This document shows positions 27,902-37,643 of a stretch of 64,000 nucleotides of DNA, one piece after another; the first letter of the stretch is position 1, and every line of letters begins with the position of its first letter. The notes under the pieces were generated by a model. It did not search any database. It worked only from the letters and a program-made list of their open reading frames with translations, and was not told the DNA's origin. Source of the stretch: an uncultured Acidobacteriota bacterium (GTDB taxonomy: Bacteria; Acidobacteriota; Thermoanaerobaculia; UBA5066; Gp7-AA6); assembly GCA_963765835.1 (NCBI GenBank), contig CAVXYF010000002.1, positions 32,401 through 96,400 on the forward strand, in the 5' to 3' direction. The translations under genes and the position numbers were made by a program.

Positions 27902-29836
27902 ATGACGGTTGCCCTCTGGGTCGTCGCGGCGCTCCCGCTCGCCGGCTTCCTGCTGTGCCTTCTGCTGGGGCCCCGGCTCGGGAAGTCGTTCGTCTCGGCG
28001 GTCGGCGCCGGGTCCGTGGGCCTGGCGACGGTCGCCGCCTGGTCCCGACTCGTCCCCTACCTGGCGGGAGACGGCGGAACGGTCGTCGAGAAGGTGGCCC
28101 CGTGGATTGCCGCGGGCGACTTCTCCGTGGACCTCTCCCTGCGTCTCGACCCGCTGTCGGCCCTGATGGTCTCGTTCGTCACGTTCGTCGGTTTCCTCAT
28201 CCACGTCTACTCGATCGGCTACATGAAGCACGACGAGACCGACGCCGGTTACGCGCGCTACTTCGCCTACCTCAACCTGTTCCTTTTCGCGATGCTCGTC
28301 CTCGTGCTCGCGAACAACTTCCTCCTCATGTTCGTGGGGTGGGAGGGTGTGGGCCTCTGCTCCTACCTGCTCATCGGCTACTACTACGAGAGGGAGTACG
28401 CGGCCGACGCCGGAAAGAAGGCGTTCATCGTCAACCGGATCGGCGACTTCGGGTTTCTCCTCGGGATGTTCGGCGTCTTCTCGCTCTTCGGCACGCTCGA
28501 CTTCGATGCCGTCTTCACGAGCGCCGCCGCGGATCCCGGGCGGTTCGCGCCGGGCTTGACCCTCGTCTGCCTCCTCCTCTTCGTGGGGGCGATGGGCAAG
28601 AGCGCCCAGTTCCCGCTCCACGTCTGGCTTCCGGACGCGATGGCTGGACCGACCCCCGTCTCCGCGCTCATCCACGCCGCGACCATGGTGACCGCGGGTG
28701 TCTACATGGTGACACGCTGCAACGTCCTCTTCCGCCTCGCTCCCGACGCAATGTTCGTCGTCGCGGTCGTGGGAGGGTTGACCGCCATCTTCGCCGCAGT
28801 GATCGCGATCGCCCAGAACGACATCAAGAAGGTCCTCGCCTACTCGACCGTGTCCCAACTCGGGTACATGTTCATGGCCTGCGGGGTCGGGGCGTATGTC
28901 GCCGGGATGTTCCACGTCCTCACGCACGCCTTCTTCAAGGCCTGCCTGTTCCTCGGTTCGGGGGCCGTCATCCACGCCCTGGGGGGCGAGCAGGACATGC
29001 GGCGCATGGGTGGTCTCGCGCGCCGGCTCCCCGTGACCTATCGCACGTTCGTGGTCGCGACCCTCGCGCTCGCCGGCATTCCGCCGCTCGCCGGGTTCTT
29101 CTCCAAGGACGCCATCCTGACCGGGGTGTTCGCCGCGCACCACACGGTCCTCTTCGGAATCGGTCTCCTCACCGCCGGCCTCACGGCTTTTTATATGTTC
29201 CGGCTCGTCTCCCTGACCTTTGCCGGAGAGTTTCGAGGGACGCCGGAAGAGGCGGCTCACATCCACGAGGCGCCTCCGTCGATGACCGTCCCGCTCGTCG
29301 TCCTCGCCTTTCTCTCGGCGGTCGCCGGATTTCTGGGAATGCCCGAGGTCTTCGGGGAGCACGCCAACCGGATTGCCGCCTTTCTGCAACCGGTCTTTCC
29401 GAGGATCGGGCTCGCCTCCGCCGAGGCCCCCGAACACGCGCTTTCGGCAGTCACGGAGTGGGTCCTCATCGGCGCCTCGGTGGCCTTCGCCGTCGTCGGC
29501 ATCCTCGTCGCCTGGAACTGGTACGCGAGGAAGCGGGGCGAGCCGGCGGAGCGCGTGGCCGCGTCGTTCCCGGCTCTCTATCGGCTGGTCGTGGAGAAGT
29601 TCCGGATCGACGACCTCTATGACGCCCTCTTTGTGAAGCCCTTCGCGTGGCTCGCGCGAATGCTTTGGAAGGTAGTCGACGTTCTCATCATCGACGGCGT
29701 ACTGAACGCCGGCGCCTTCATCGTCGAGCTCATCGGCGACGTCCTGCGTTTCCTGCAGACGGGAAACGTGCGCAACTACGCCCTGACGTTCCTGATCGGC
29801 ATCGTGGCGCTCCTCCTGATCGTGCTGGCCGGATAG
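27902..29836 (+). CDS. nuoL: NADH-quinone oxidoreductase subunit L
   Basis: 644-aa antiporter-like subunit, with the long C-terminal amphipathic-helix region. Confidence 0.9.
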   Translation: MTVALWVVAALPLAGFLLCLLLGPRLGKSFVSAVGAGSVGLATVAAWSRLVPYLAGDGGTVVEKVAPWIAAGDFSVDLSLRLDPLSALMVSFVTFVGFLIHVYSIGYMKHDETDAGYARYFAYLNLFLFAMLVLVLANNFLLMFVGWEGVGLCSYLLIGYYYEREYAADAGKKAFIVNRIGDFGFLLGMFGVFSLFGTLDFDAVFTSAAADPGRFAPGLTLVCLLLFVGAMGKSAQFPLHVWLPDAMAGPTPVSALIHAATMVTAGVYMVTRCNVLFRLAPDAMFVVAVVGGLTAIFAAVIAIAQNDIKKVLAYSTVSQLGYMFMACGVGAYVAGMFHVLTHAFFKACLFLGSGAVIHALGGEQDMRRMGGLARRLPVTYRTFVVATLALAGIPPLAGFFSKDAILTGVFAAHHTVLFGIGLLTAGLTAFYMFRLVSLTFAGEFRGTPEEAAHIHEAPPSMTVPLVVLAFLSAVAGFLGMPEVFGEHANRIAAFLQPVFPRIGLASAEAPEHALSAVTEWVLIGASVAFAVVGILVAWNWYARKRGEPAERVAASFPALYRLVVEKFRIDDLYDALFVKPFAWLARMLWKVVDVLIIDGVLNAGAFIVELIGDVLRFLQTGNVRNYALTFLIGIVALLLIVLAG

Positions 29837-29839
29837 CGC

Positions 29840-31357
29840 ATGGCAGAGCTCCTCGAGTCCCGCCTGCTGACCGTGCTGGTCTTTCTGCCGTCGGCGGCGG
29901 CGGTCCTCCTTCTCTTTTTTCCGGAGAGCCGCAGCCGGGAGGCGAAGATCTTCGCGATCGCCGCGTCCGTCCTGGAGCTCGGCCTCGCGCTCCCCCTCTG
30001 GTCCCGTTTCGACGTCAGCTCCGGCGCCTTCCAGTTCGTCGAGCGAACCGACTGGATCCCGGCGCTCGGGATCTCCTACACGCTGGGGATCGACGGCATC
30101 TCCCTGTTGCTGATCCTGTTGACCGTCGTCCTCACGCCCGTCTCTCTTCTTTTCTCGCTCACGCACGTCCAGAAGAGCGCCCGGGCGTTCTCGATCGCGT
30201 TCCTGGTGCTCGAGACCGGGATCAACGGCACACTTGCGGCCCTCGACCTCGCGCTCTTCTACGTCTTCTGGGAAGTGATGCTCGTCCCGATGTACTTCAT
30301 CATCGGGATCTGGGGTGGGGCTCGGCGGATCTACGCCGCCATGAAGTTCTTCCTGTTCACGATGGCGGGGAGCCTCCTCATGTTCCTCGCGATCCTGTAC
30401 CTCGCGGCGCGGCACCGGGCGGAGACGGGCGAGTGGTCGTTCCTGCTCGCCGACCTCGCCACGCTGACCTACCCGTCGATGGCCATCCAAACCGTTCTCT
30501 TCCTCGCATTCGCGCTCGCTTTCGCGATCAAGGTGCCGGTCTTCCCTCTCCACACCTGGCTGCCCGACGCGCACACGGAGGCCCCGACGGCCGGCTCGAT
30601 CATCCTGGCCGGCGTCCTGCTCAAGCTGGGGGTGTACGGATACCTGCGGTTCGCGCTGCCGCTCTTCCCCGACTCCTCGATCCGATTCGCGCCGTGGCTC
30701 GGGGTGCTCGGAGTCATCGGGGTCATTTACGGAGCCCTCGTGGCCTTCGCGCAGAAGGACATGAAGCGCCTCGTGGCCTACTCCTCGGTTTCTCACCTCG
30801 GGCTGGTCGTGATCGGAATCGGCGCGTTCACGAGCACCGCCCTGGCCGGGTCGGTTCTCCAAATGATCAACCACGGTCTGTCGACCGGCGCCCTGTTCCT
30901 CCTCGTTGGCGTGCTCTACGAACGAACCCACACGCGCGAGATCGCCGACTACGGCGGAATCGCGGGCGTCGTGCCGGTGACGACCGGGCTCTTCCTCGTC
31001 GCAACCTTCTCGTCGATCGGCCTTCCCGGGTTGAACGGGTTCGTCGGCGAGTTCCTCGTTCTCCTGGGAACCTGGACGTCCGAACACCGGTGGTGGGCGG
31101 TCGCCGCCGCGACCGGCGTCGTTCTGTCCGCGATCTACATGCTCTCCCTGGTGCAGCGAGTCTTCTGGAACCCGCTGACGAGAGACGAGAACCGCCGGCT
31201 TCGGGATATCCGGGCGAGCGAGCTCGTCGCGGCCGGGACGCTGATCGTGCTCATGGTCTGGATCGGCGTCCGGCCGAACGACGTCCTCGATCGAATCCGG
31301 CCGTCCGTGGAGGAGCTGCGGCGTTCCGTGGCGGCGCACGTGGGGGCCCGGCCTTGA
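29840..31357 (+). CDS. nuoM: NADH-quinone oxidoreductase subunit M
   Basis: 505-aa antiporter-like subunit. Confidence 0.9.
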   Translation: MAELLESRLLTVLVFLPSAAAVLLLFFPESRSREAKIFAIAASVLELGLALPLWSRFDVSSGAFQFVERTDWIPALGISYTLGIDGISLLLILLTVVLTPVSLLFSLTHVQKSARAFSIAFLVLETGINGTLAALDLALFYVFWEVMLVPMYFIIGIWGGARRIYAAMKFFLFTMAGSLLMFLAILYLAARHRAETGEWSFLLADLATLTYPSMAIQTVLFLAFALAFAIKVPVFPLHTWLPDAHTEAPTAGSIILAGVLLKLGVYGYLRFALPLFPDSSIRFAPWLGVLGVIGVIYGALVAFAQKDMKRLVAYSSVSHLGLVVIGIGAFTSTALAGSVLQMINHGLSTGALFLLVGVLYERTHTREIADYGGIAGVVPVTTGLFLVATFSSIGLPGLNGFVGEFLVLLGTWTSEHRWWAVAAATGVVLSAIYMLSLVQRVFWNPLTRDENRRLRDIRASELVAAGTLIVLMVWIGVRPNDVLDRIRPSVEELRRSVAAHVGARP

Positions 31358-31374
31358 CCCCCAGCTTTCTCGCG

Positions 31375-32808
31375 ATGGGACCCAACGACGTGGCGGCGGC
31401 CGCGCCCGAAATCTGCCTCGCCGCGGCCGGCTGCCTCCTGGTGCTCCTGGACGCGTTCGCCCCCTCGGCCCGGCGGTGGTTCGCAACGCTCTCGCTCGCC
31501 GCCCTCGCCCTCTCGATCTGGTTCCTCCTGGAGGCACCGTACGGCCTTTCCTTCGGCGGGCGGTACGAGACCTCCGACCTGACGACCGCGGCCGGACTCT
31601 TCGCAGCGGCAACGGCCGCCGTCGCCATCCTCGTCGCAAAGCCGTACCTCCGCCGCACCGGCGAGGAGAAGGGCGAGTTTTACGCCCTCCTGCTGTGGGG
31701 CCACCTCGGGGTCTCTCTCATGACGCGGGGGCTCGACCTGCTCATCGTGTTCATCGGGCTGGAGACCCTGTCGCTCTCCTTCTACGTTTTGGCGGCATTT
31801 TTCCGGACCATCCACGCTTCCTCGGAGGCCGGCCTGAAGTACTTCCTGACCGGCGCCTTCGGCTCGGCGTTCACGCTCTACGGCATCGCACTTCTCTTCG
31901 GCAAAGCCGGCACGGTCCGGATCGCCGCCCTCGCGCGGCCGGACCTCGGCGCCGATCCCCTGGTTCTCTTCGGCCTCCTCCTCCTGCTGGTCGGTTTCGG
32001 GTTCAAGATGTCGCTCGCTCCCTTCCACGCGTGGGCCCCCGACGTCTACCAGGGAATGCCCACACCCGCGGTCGCCTACCTCTCCGTGGCGCCGAAGGGC
32101 GCGAGCGTGATCGTGCTCTATCGCGTCTTGACGGCGGCCTTCGAGGGCGGGATGCCGGACCGTTTCCGGACGGCGATCGCCGTTCTCGCGATTCTGTCCA
32201 TGAGCCTGGGCAACGTCGTGGCCCTGGCCCAGCGCGACATCAAACGACTTCTCGCGTATTCGGGAATCGCGCACATGGGCTACGTGACGATTGCGCTCGC
32301 GATATTCGGCCGCGATGCCCTCGCCGCCGTGATCGTCTACTTCTTCGCCTACGTGGTCTCGAACGCCGGTGCGTTCGCGGCGGTCGCGGCTCTCTATGGC
32401 GACGAGACGAAGCCGCATCCGGTCGGTCTGCTCGCCGGGGCGGGCCATCGGTCGCCCTTTGCGGCGGCCGTGCTGGCCCTGTGCATGTTCTCGCTCGCCG
32501 GAATCCCCGCGACCGCCGGCTTCATCGGAAAGTTCTTCGTCTTCAAGTCCGCCATCGACGGGGGCTTCTACGCCCTCGCGATCATCGGCGTCGTCAACAG
32601 TCTCATTTCCATCGGTTACTACCTGAAGGTCGTGTACATCCTCTACATGCGCGAACCGGTCGAGGAGAGCGCTCCCCCGCGCCTCGCGATCGCGGATCGC
32701 CTCGTGCTCGGGCTCTGCGGGGCCGGGATCCTGGCGCTTGGCATCTTTCCGGCGGGCGTCTGGAACTTTGCGCGCAACGCCGCCGCGAGCCTTTCCCTCG
32801 GACCATGA
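31375..32808 (+). CDS. nuoN: NADH-quinone oxidoreductase subunit N
   Basis: Antiporter-like subunit. The start is either ATG at 31375 or TTG at 31354; the ORF track over-extends it upstream in the same frame. Confidence 0.85.
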   Translation: MGPNDVAAAAPEICLAAAGCLLVLLDAFAPSARRWFATLSLAALALSIWFLLEAPYGLSFGGRYETSDLTTAAGLFAAATAAVAILVAKPYLRRTGEEKGEFYALLLWGHLGVSLMTRGLDLLIVFIGLETLSLSFYVLAAFFRTIHASSEAGLKYFLTGAFGSAFTLYGIALLFGKAGTVRIAALARPDLGADPLVLFGLLLLLVGFGFKMSLAPFHAWAPDVYQGMPTPAVAYLSVAPKGASVIVLYRVLTAAFEGGMPDRFRTAIAVLAILSMSLGNVVALAQRDIKRLLAYSGIAHMGYVTIALAIFGRDALAAVIVYFFAYVVSNAGAFAAVAALYGDETKPHPVGLLAGAGHRSPFAAAVLALCMFSLAGIPATAGFIGKFFVFKSAIDGGFYALAIIGVVNSLISIGYYLKVVYILYMREPVEESAPPRLAIADRLVLGLCGAGILALGIFPAGVWNFARNAAASLSLGP

Positions 32809-33605
32809 GCCGCACGACGCCGCCCAGGACGTCCCGCGAGTCGAAGGAGCCAGTATCGGAGGCGACGGCTTCCCGTCTCTCGGTCTACGTTCGATGCCTC
32901 GCCGAGCTCGAGGCAGAGGGCCGGGAGCACATTTCGTCGCAGGAGCTGGCGCGCCGCTTCCACCTGAACTCTCCCCAGATCCGCAAGGACCTCGCGACTT
33001 TCGGCGAGTTCGGCATCCGCGGCGTCGGTTACTCGATCGGCGCTCTCAAGCGGCACCTCGTCTCGATCCTCGGCCTCGACCAGGTCCGCCGGGTCGCAAT
33101 CGTCGGGGCCGGCCACCTGGGCTCGGCTCTGGCGGACTACGGCGGCTTCCGCTCCGGCGGCTTCCGCATCGTCGCCCTGTTCGACAACGACCGCTCCCGG
33201 ATCGGCTCGAAGAGCCGGGCGGGCGTGCCGGTGCACGACGTCCGCCGGATGGCGGAGGTAGTCGCTCGGGAAGGGATCGAGATTGCCGTGATCGCCGTCC
33301 CGGCGTCCGCTGCGGCGGAGGTCGCCCGGCAGTGCTGGGAAGCTGGCCTGAAAGCAGTCCTGAACTTCGCGCCGGTGCGCCTCGACCCTCCCTCCGACGC
33401 CTTTCTGAAGAACGTCGATCTCAAGATCAACCTCGAAACGCTCTCCTTCTACATCGCGCGTCCCGGAGGGCGACCTGCAAAGGTCAAAGGAGAAACGAAT
33501 GCCGTCGAAGCCGAAGCCGTTTTCCCCGCAAGGCCGCGCCGTCCCCGCGCCGAAGCCCGTCACCCCGGAGCGCGGCTCCCACCGGCCCAAGCCGATCGCG
33601 GCTGA
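32805..33605 (+). CDS. rex: Redox-sensing transcriptional repressor Rex
   Basis: Winged-helix N-terminus (ISSQELARRFHLNSPQIRKDLATFGEFGIRGVGY) and a Rossmann fold (VAIVGAGHLGSAL). ATGA overlap with nuoN. The ORF continues ~55 aa past the usual Rex C-terminus and overlaps gdh. Confidence 0.75.
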   Translation: MSRTTPPRTSRESKEPVSEATASRLSVYVRCLAELEAEGREHISSQELARRFHLNSPQIRKDLATFGEFGIRGVGYSIGALKRHLVSILGLDQVRRVAIVGAGHLGSALADYGGFRSGGFRIVALFDNDRSRIGSKSRAGVPVHDVRRMAEVVAREGIEIAVIAVPASAAAEVARQCWEAGLKAVLNFAPVRLDPPSDAFLKNVDLKINLETLSFYIARPGGRPAKVKGETNAVEAEAVFPARPRRPRAEARHPGARLPPAQADRG

Positions 33606-34845
33606 GAACCTCAACCCGTACGACTTCGCGCTCCTTCAGTTCGATCGGGCGGCGGACAAGCTCGGGCTGGACTCGGGGGTGCGCGCGGTCCTGTCCACGC
33701 CGAAGCGGCAGCTCATCGTTTCCGTGCCCATCAAGATGGACGACGGCTCGATCAGCGCGTTCCAGGGATACCGGGTCCAGCACTCGATCACCCGCGGGCC
33801 CTCCAAGGGGGGGATCCGGTATCACCCCGGCGTCACCCTCGACGAAGTCAAGGCTCTCGCGATGTGGATGACGTGGAAGTGCGCGGTCGTCAACATCCCG
33901 TTCGGCGGCGCGAAGGGCGGAATCACCGTCGATCCCAAGAAGCTGTCAGACGGTGAGAACGAGCGGATGACGCGCCGCTACACGTCCGAGATCTCGATTC
34001 TCCTGGGGCACGACCGAGACATCCCGGCTCCCGACGTCTACACCACGCCCCAGACGATGGCCTGGATCATGGACACGTTCTCGATGACGAAGGGATATTC
34101 GACCCTTGGCGTCGTGACGGGGAAGCCGCTCGCCGTCGGCGGCTCCGCAGGCCGCAACGAGGCGACGGCGGAGGGATGCTTCGTCGCCATCGAAGAGGCC
34201 GCGAACAGGCTCTCCCTCCCGCTTCACGGGACGACGGCGGCGGTCCAGGGCTTCGGCAACGCGGGCGCGGCGGTCGCGCGGTTTCTCGACGAGGCAGGGG
34301 TCAGGGTGGTCGCGATCTCCGATTCGAAGGGGGGCATCTACGACAAGCGCGGACTGGAGCTGAACGCGGTGTTTACGGCCAAGGAGAAGAAGGGATCCGT
34401 CACCGCGGCGCGCGGGGAGAAGATCACCAACGAAGAGATCCTGGAGCTGCCCGTCGACATCCTCGTCCCCGCGGCGCTGGAGGGCGTCATCACCCGGAAG
34501 AACGCGCCCCGGATCAAGGCGCAGATCATCGCGGAGGCGGCGAACGGGCCCACGACTCCGGACGCCGACGACATCCTCCGAAGCAAGGGCACGGTGGTCA
34601 TTCCGGACATCCTCGCCAACGCCGGCGGGGTCACCGTCTCGTACTTCGAGTGGGTCCAGGACCTGTACTCGTTCTTCTGGGAGCCGGACGTCGTCCGCAA
34701 TCACCTGGACCGCACGATCCGGCGCGCTTACCAGGAGGTCGACGACACCGCGCGGCGCTACAACACGGACCTCCGCACCGGTGCTCTCATTCTCGGAGTG
34801 GGCCGCGTCGAGGAGGCCACCCGGATCCGCGGCCTCTTCCCGTAG
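33499..34845 (+). CDS. gdhA: NAD(P)-specific glutamate dehydrogenase
   Basis: GPSKGGIRYHP and KCAVVNIPFGGAKGG motifs, with a C-terminal Rossmann fold. The start is uncertain. Confidence 0.85.
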   Translation: MPSKPKPFSPQGRAVPAPKPVTPERGSHRPKPIAAENLNPYDFALLQFDRAADKLGLDSGVRAVLSTPKRQLIVSVPIKMDDGSISAFQGYRVQHSITRGPSKGGIRYHPGVTLDEVKALAMWMTWKCAVVNIPFGGAKGGITVDPKKLSDGENERMTRRYTSEISILLGHDRDIPAPDVYTTPQTMAWIMDTFSMTKGYSTLGVVTGKPLAVGGSAGRNEATAEGCFVAIEEAANRLSLPLHGTTAAVQGFGNAGAAVARFLDEAGVRVVAISDSKGGIYDKRGLELNAVFTAKEKKGSVTAARGEKITNEEILELPVDILVPAALEGVITRKNAPRIKAQIIAEAANGPTTPDADDILRSKGTVVIPDILANAGGVTVSYFEWVQDLYSFFWEPDVVRNHLDRTIRRAYQEVDDTARRYNTDLRTGALILGVGRVEEATRIRGLFP

Positions 34846-34858
34846 ACCGCGACAGGGC

Positions 34859-35450
34859 TCAGAGGCGGATCAGAACGGCCCGGACGGGGGACGCGTCGAG
34901 CTCGTCCAGGCGGAGGGGCAGCGCGACCAGCTGATACTCCCCCTCTTCGACTGCCTCGAGGGCGAGGTGTTCGAGCAAAGCGATCCCTTGCGAGAGGAGC
35001 GCCCGGTGCGCCGGCAGGTCCTCGGCGTCGGGCGGATCGATGGAGGGCGCGTCGGTTCCGACGAGGATGGCGCCGTGCTCCGCCAGCCGCAGGGCGGCGA
35101 GCGGCGACAGGTAGGCGCGGCCCCGGCTGCGAAACAGGACGCGGGGAACGCGAAGACTCGACGCGGGGAGCTCCTCCGGTCCGAGCTCTCCCCTTCCGGA
35201 AACTTCGACGACCCGCGCCGGCCCCAGGTAGGGATGGAGCGGCACCGCGCCGATGTTCGCCGCGCCCGCGAGAACGTGGCTGGGCGCGTCCGCGTGGGTC
35301 CCGAGATGCGCGCTCATCGTGAAGGCCGTGGATTCGAAGGGCCAGCCCTCCGCGAGGCTCGACGTGCTCCGAAATGAGAACGCCGTGTCGCCGGGCCACG
35401 GGACGGTGCCCTCGTCGATACGACGGGAGATATCGAAGATCTTCAGCGCA
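34859..35450 (-). CDS. Cyclase-family protein (arylformamidase / kynurenine-formamidase-like)
   Basis: KIFDISRRIDEGTVPWPGDTAFSF...HLGTHADAPSHV matches the cyclase fold. The start is unresolved: there is no canonical start in frame, and the upstream part of the ORF-track entry overlaps the next gene. Confidence 0.5.
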
Positions 35451-35901
35451 TTCGCCGCAGCGTTTTCGTCTCCGCGTATCTTTCCGCGACGTGCGGGTCG
35501 TACCCGCGGTGGCGCGGATTCAGGGGGAGGTCGCGGTACTCGGCGTCGCACCGGTAGCAGATCGTAACCGCACCGATTCGCCGGGCGACGATCCAGTCGA
35601 CCACGACCGACGCGAGGAGGACCGGCGTGAACCAGATCCAGCCGAACTTCCAGCCCGCAAAGAGGGCGACGCCCAGGGAGATGGCCATCAGCAGGCAGCC
35701 GAGGCGCTGGTCGAAGTCCTTCTGGACGAAGAAGGCGCGGTTGCCGCAGAACGCGCACCTCTCGATCGGCCCCGCCGACACGACGCCCTCTCGCCGCAAC
35801 GCATAGGGAGCCCCGCACTTCGCGCAAGTGAACTCTCCCCCTTCGGAGGGGCCGTGCTCCCGCGACTCGAGACAGCTCGGACAGTAGCGGCGGGCGCGCA
35901 C
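35443..35901 (-). CDS. Zinc-ribbon membrane protein of unknown function
   Basis: CPSC...CAKC and CAFC pairs, followed by two transmembrane helices. Confidence 0.45.
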   Translation of the reverse strand: MRARRYCPSCLESREHGPSEGGEFTCAKCGAPYALRREGVVSAGPIERCAFCGNRAFFVQKDFDQRLGCLLMAISLGVALFAGWKFGWIWFTPVLLASVVVDWIVARRIGAVTICYRCDAEYRDLPLNPRHRGYDPHVAERYAETKTLRRMR

Positions 35902-35905
35902 GCCG

Positions 35906-36663
35906 CTAGGCGGGGAAGCCGGTCGCTATCGTCAGGTACGAGGACAACAGCTCCCCGATGAGAACGAAGACGAGCGCGACGTAGAGCAGTCCGGTGGCCG
36001 CCTGGTTCGACTTCATTTCCGCGGTCCGCCACACGAAGTACGAGAGCGCCAGCGGTCCCAGCAGTCCCCAGACCACCCGGAAGAGGAAGAAGAGCGCGTC
36101 CCGGTCGAGGGAGAGCAACGCCTCCAGGCCCTCGGGCTGCGGGTTGACGGCGATCGCCGCCGCGAGCAGTCCCGCCCGGGCCGCCGCGAGCGCCGCGAAC
36201 AGTGTGGCTCCGCGGGCGAGGAGTTGAAAGGGCAGCGACCGCGAGACCAGGTACCAGTGACCGAGGTTCATCGTGAGCAGCACGGCTCCGAAGAACAGGC
36301 CCCCCATTGCGGCGCTCGCGACCGTCCAGCCGCTTCCCGGCGTTCGCGGCGCGACGAGGGCTACCCGGGCCGCGCCGAATGCCGCGAGGGCCGCGCCGGC
36401 CAGGAGAAGCGGTCGGGCGGCGCCCGCGCGGCGGACGTGCGCGGCGAGCGAATACAGCCCGAGGACCGCGGCCGCGGCCACCGCGAGCCCCAAAGACAGG
36501 CCGGCCGGACGGGCGACCGCCGCCAGCGCGACGAGAGAAAAGGAGATCGCTCCGTGAAGAGAGAAGAACCCCTTGCCCAGCGTTTTCGGCGGAAAGAACA
36601 GAAGCAGGAATGCGGTGCCGGCGCCCGCTTCGAGCAGAAAGAGACCCAGTCCGGCGCGCGTCA
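35906..36663 (-). CDS. Hypothetical polytopic membrane protein
   Basis: A GTG start at 36663 removes the overlap with the upstream hydrolase; there are ~7 hydrophobic helices. Confidence 0.4.
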
Positions 36664-36704
36664 CGGCGGAGGATCTTACGCGGTCGCGCCTGGCGGCGCT
36701 CTTC

Positions 36705-37385
36705 TCAGCCGGCCGACGTTCTCGAGAGCAGATCGAGGACGTTTTCCGCGAGGAGAGGCGCGTGCTCGACGAGGCCGTGATCGCCCCCCGCGACCGCGAT
36801 GAACCGCGAGCCCGGAGCGAGTCGTCCCGAGTCTTCCCATCGCCGCCAGACCTCCCGCACGTGGCCGATCGGAACACTGTCGTCGAGCGTTCCCATGACG
36901 ATGACGACGGGCACCGAAGGGGGAACGTCGGCGTCTTTTCGGGCCGCGAGGCTTTCGAAGAATTCGCGGTGGATCGGCATGTCCCGACCCTCGGCGTGGT
37001 GGAAGAAGCTCAACGGATCCCCCGCAGGAAGCTTTCCGATCCACCTGCCGCCGAACCCGACGGCGGGAGCGATCAGCAGCAAGGGCGCGCCAACTCCGCG
37101 GCGGCTCGCTTCGAGCGCGACGAGCGCCCCGAGAGAGCTTCCGACGACGACCGCGGGGCGGTGGCGCTCGGACTCGCCCAGGACGACCCGGACCATCGAC
37201 TCGAAGTCGAGGTCCCGGAACGACGGTACGTTCAGGTCGGGCGCCACGATGTCGGCCTTACCCTCGAGGAGCGACCTCAGCGCTGCGATCTTCCGCCCGG
37301 CGGGAGAGGACGCAAAACCGTGGACGTAGAGGATCTTCTTCACGCCGGGATCGAAGGATAGACTCGCCCGCAAATCGGAGACCAC
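36705..37385 (-). CDS. Alpha/beta-hydrolase (esterase, YqiA-like)
   Basis: ILYVHGF ... VVGSSLGA nucleophile elbow ... GGDHGL. Confidence 0.6.
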   Translation of the reverse strand: MVSDLRASLSFDPGVKKILYVHGFASSPAGRKIAALRSLLEGKADIVAPDLNVPSFRDLDFESMVRVVLGESERHRPAVVVGSSLGALVALEASRRGVGAPLLLIAPAVGFGGRWIGKLPAGDPLSFFHHAEGRDMPIHREFFESLAARKDADVPPSVPVVIVMGTLDDSVPIGHVREVWRRWEDSGRLAPGSRFIAVAGGDHGLVEHAPLLAENVLDLLSRTSAG

Positions 37386-37643
37386 ATGACGCGCCGAATG
37401 TCCCGCAGGACCGCGGCAAAGCTCTTCCTGTCCGCCTCTGCGGTGCTCGCCCTCCCCCGATCGACGTCCGCGCAGCCCGCGACGAAAAAGGCGGCCTCGC
37501 CCGCGCTCACGCCGAGCGAGCGTCAGAAGCTGGCGAAGTCGGTGGGCCAGCTCCGCGCGGCCGCGGAGAAGATCCGCGGGATGAAGATCCCGATGGGAAC
37601 CGAGCCTGCATTCGTCTTCCGGCCCCTCTCGGCCAGGCGATGA
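37386..37643 (+). CDS. Small ORF with a twin-arginine-like signal peptide; it may be the displaced N-terminus of the downstream amidase
   Basis: MTRRMSRRTAAKLFLSASAVLALPRSTSA. ATGA overlap with the amidase start. Confidence 0.3.
   Translation: MTRRMSRRTAAKLFLSASAVLALPRSTSAQPATKKAASPALTPSERQKLAKSVGQLRAAAEKIRGMKIPMGTEPAFVFRPLSARR

Noticed and set aside
27881-31639. 1252-aa ORF on the minus strand opposite nuoL/nuoM
   Set aside because: It is antisense to two well-supported membrane-subunit genes. Its translation is extreme Arg/Glu/Asp low complexity, so it is a GC-driven open frame and not a gene.
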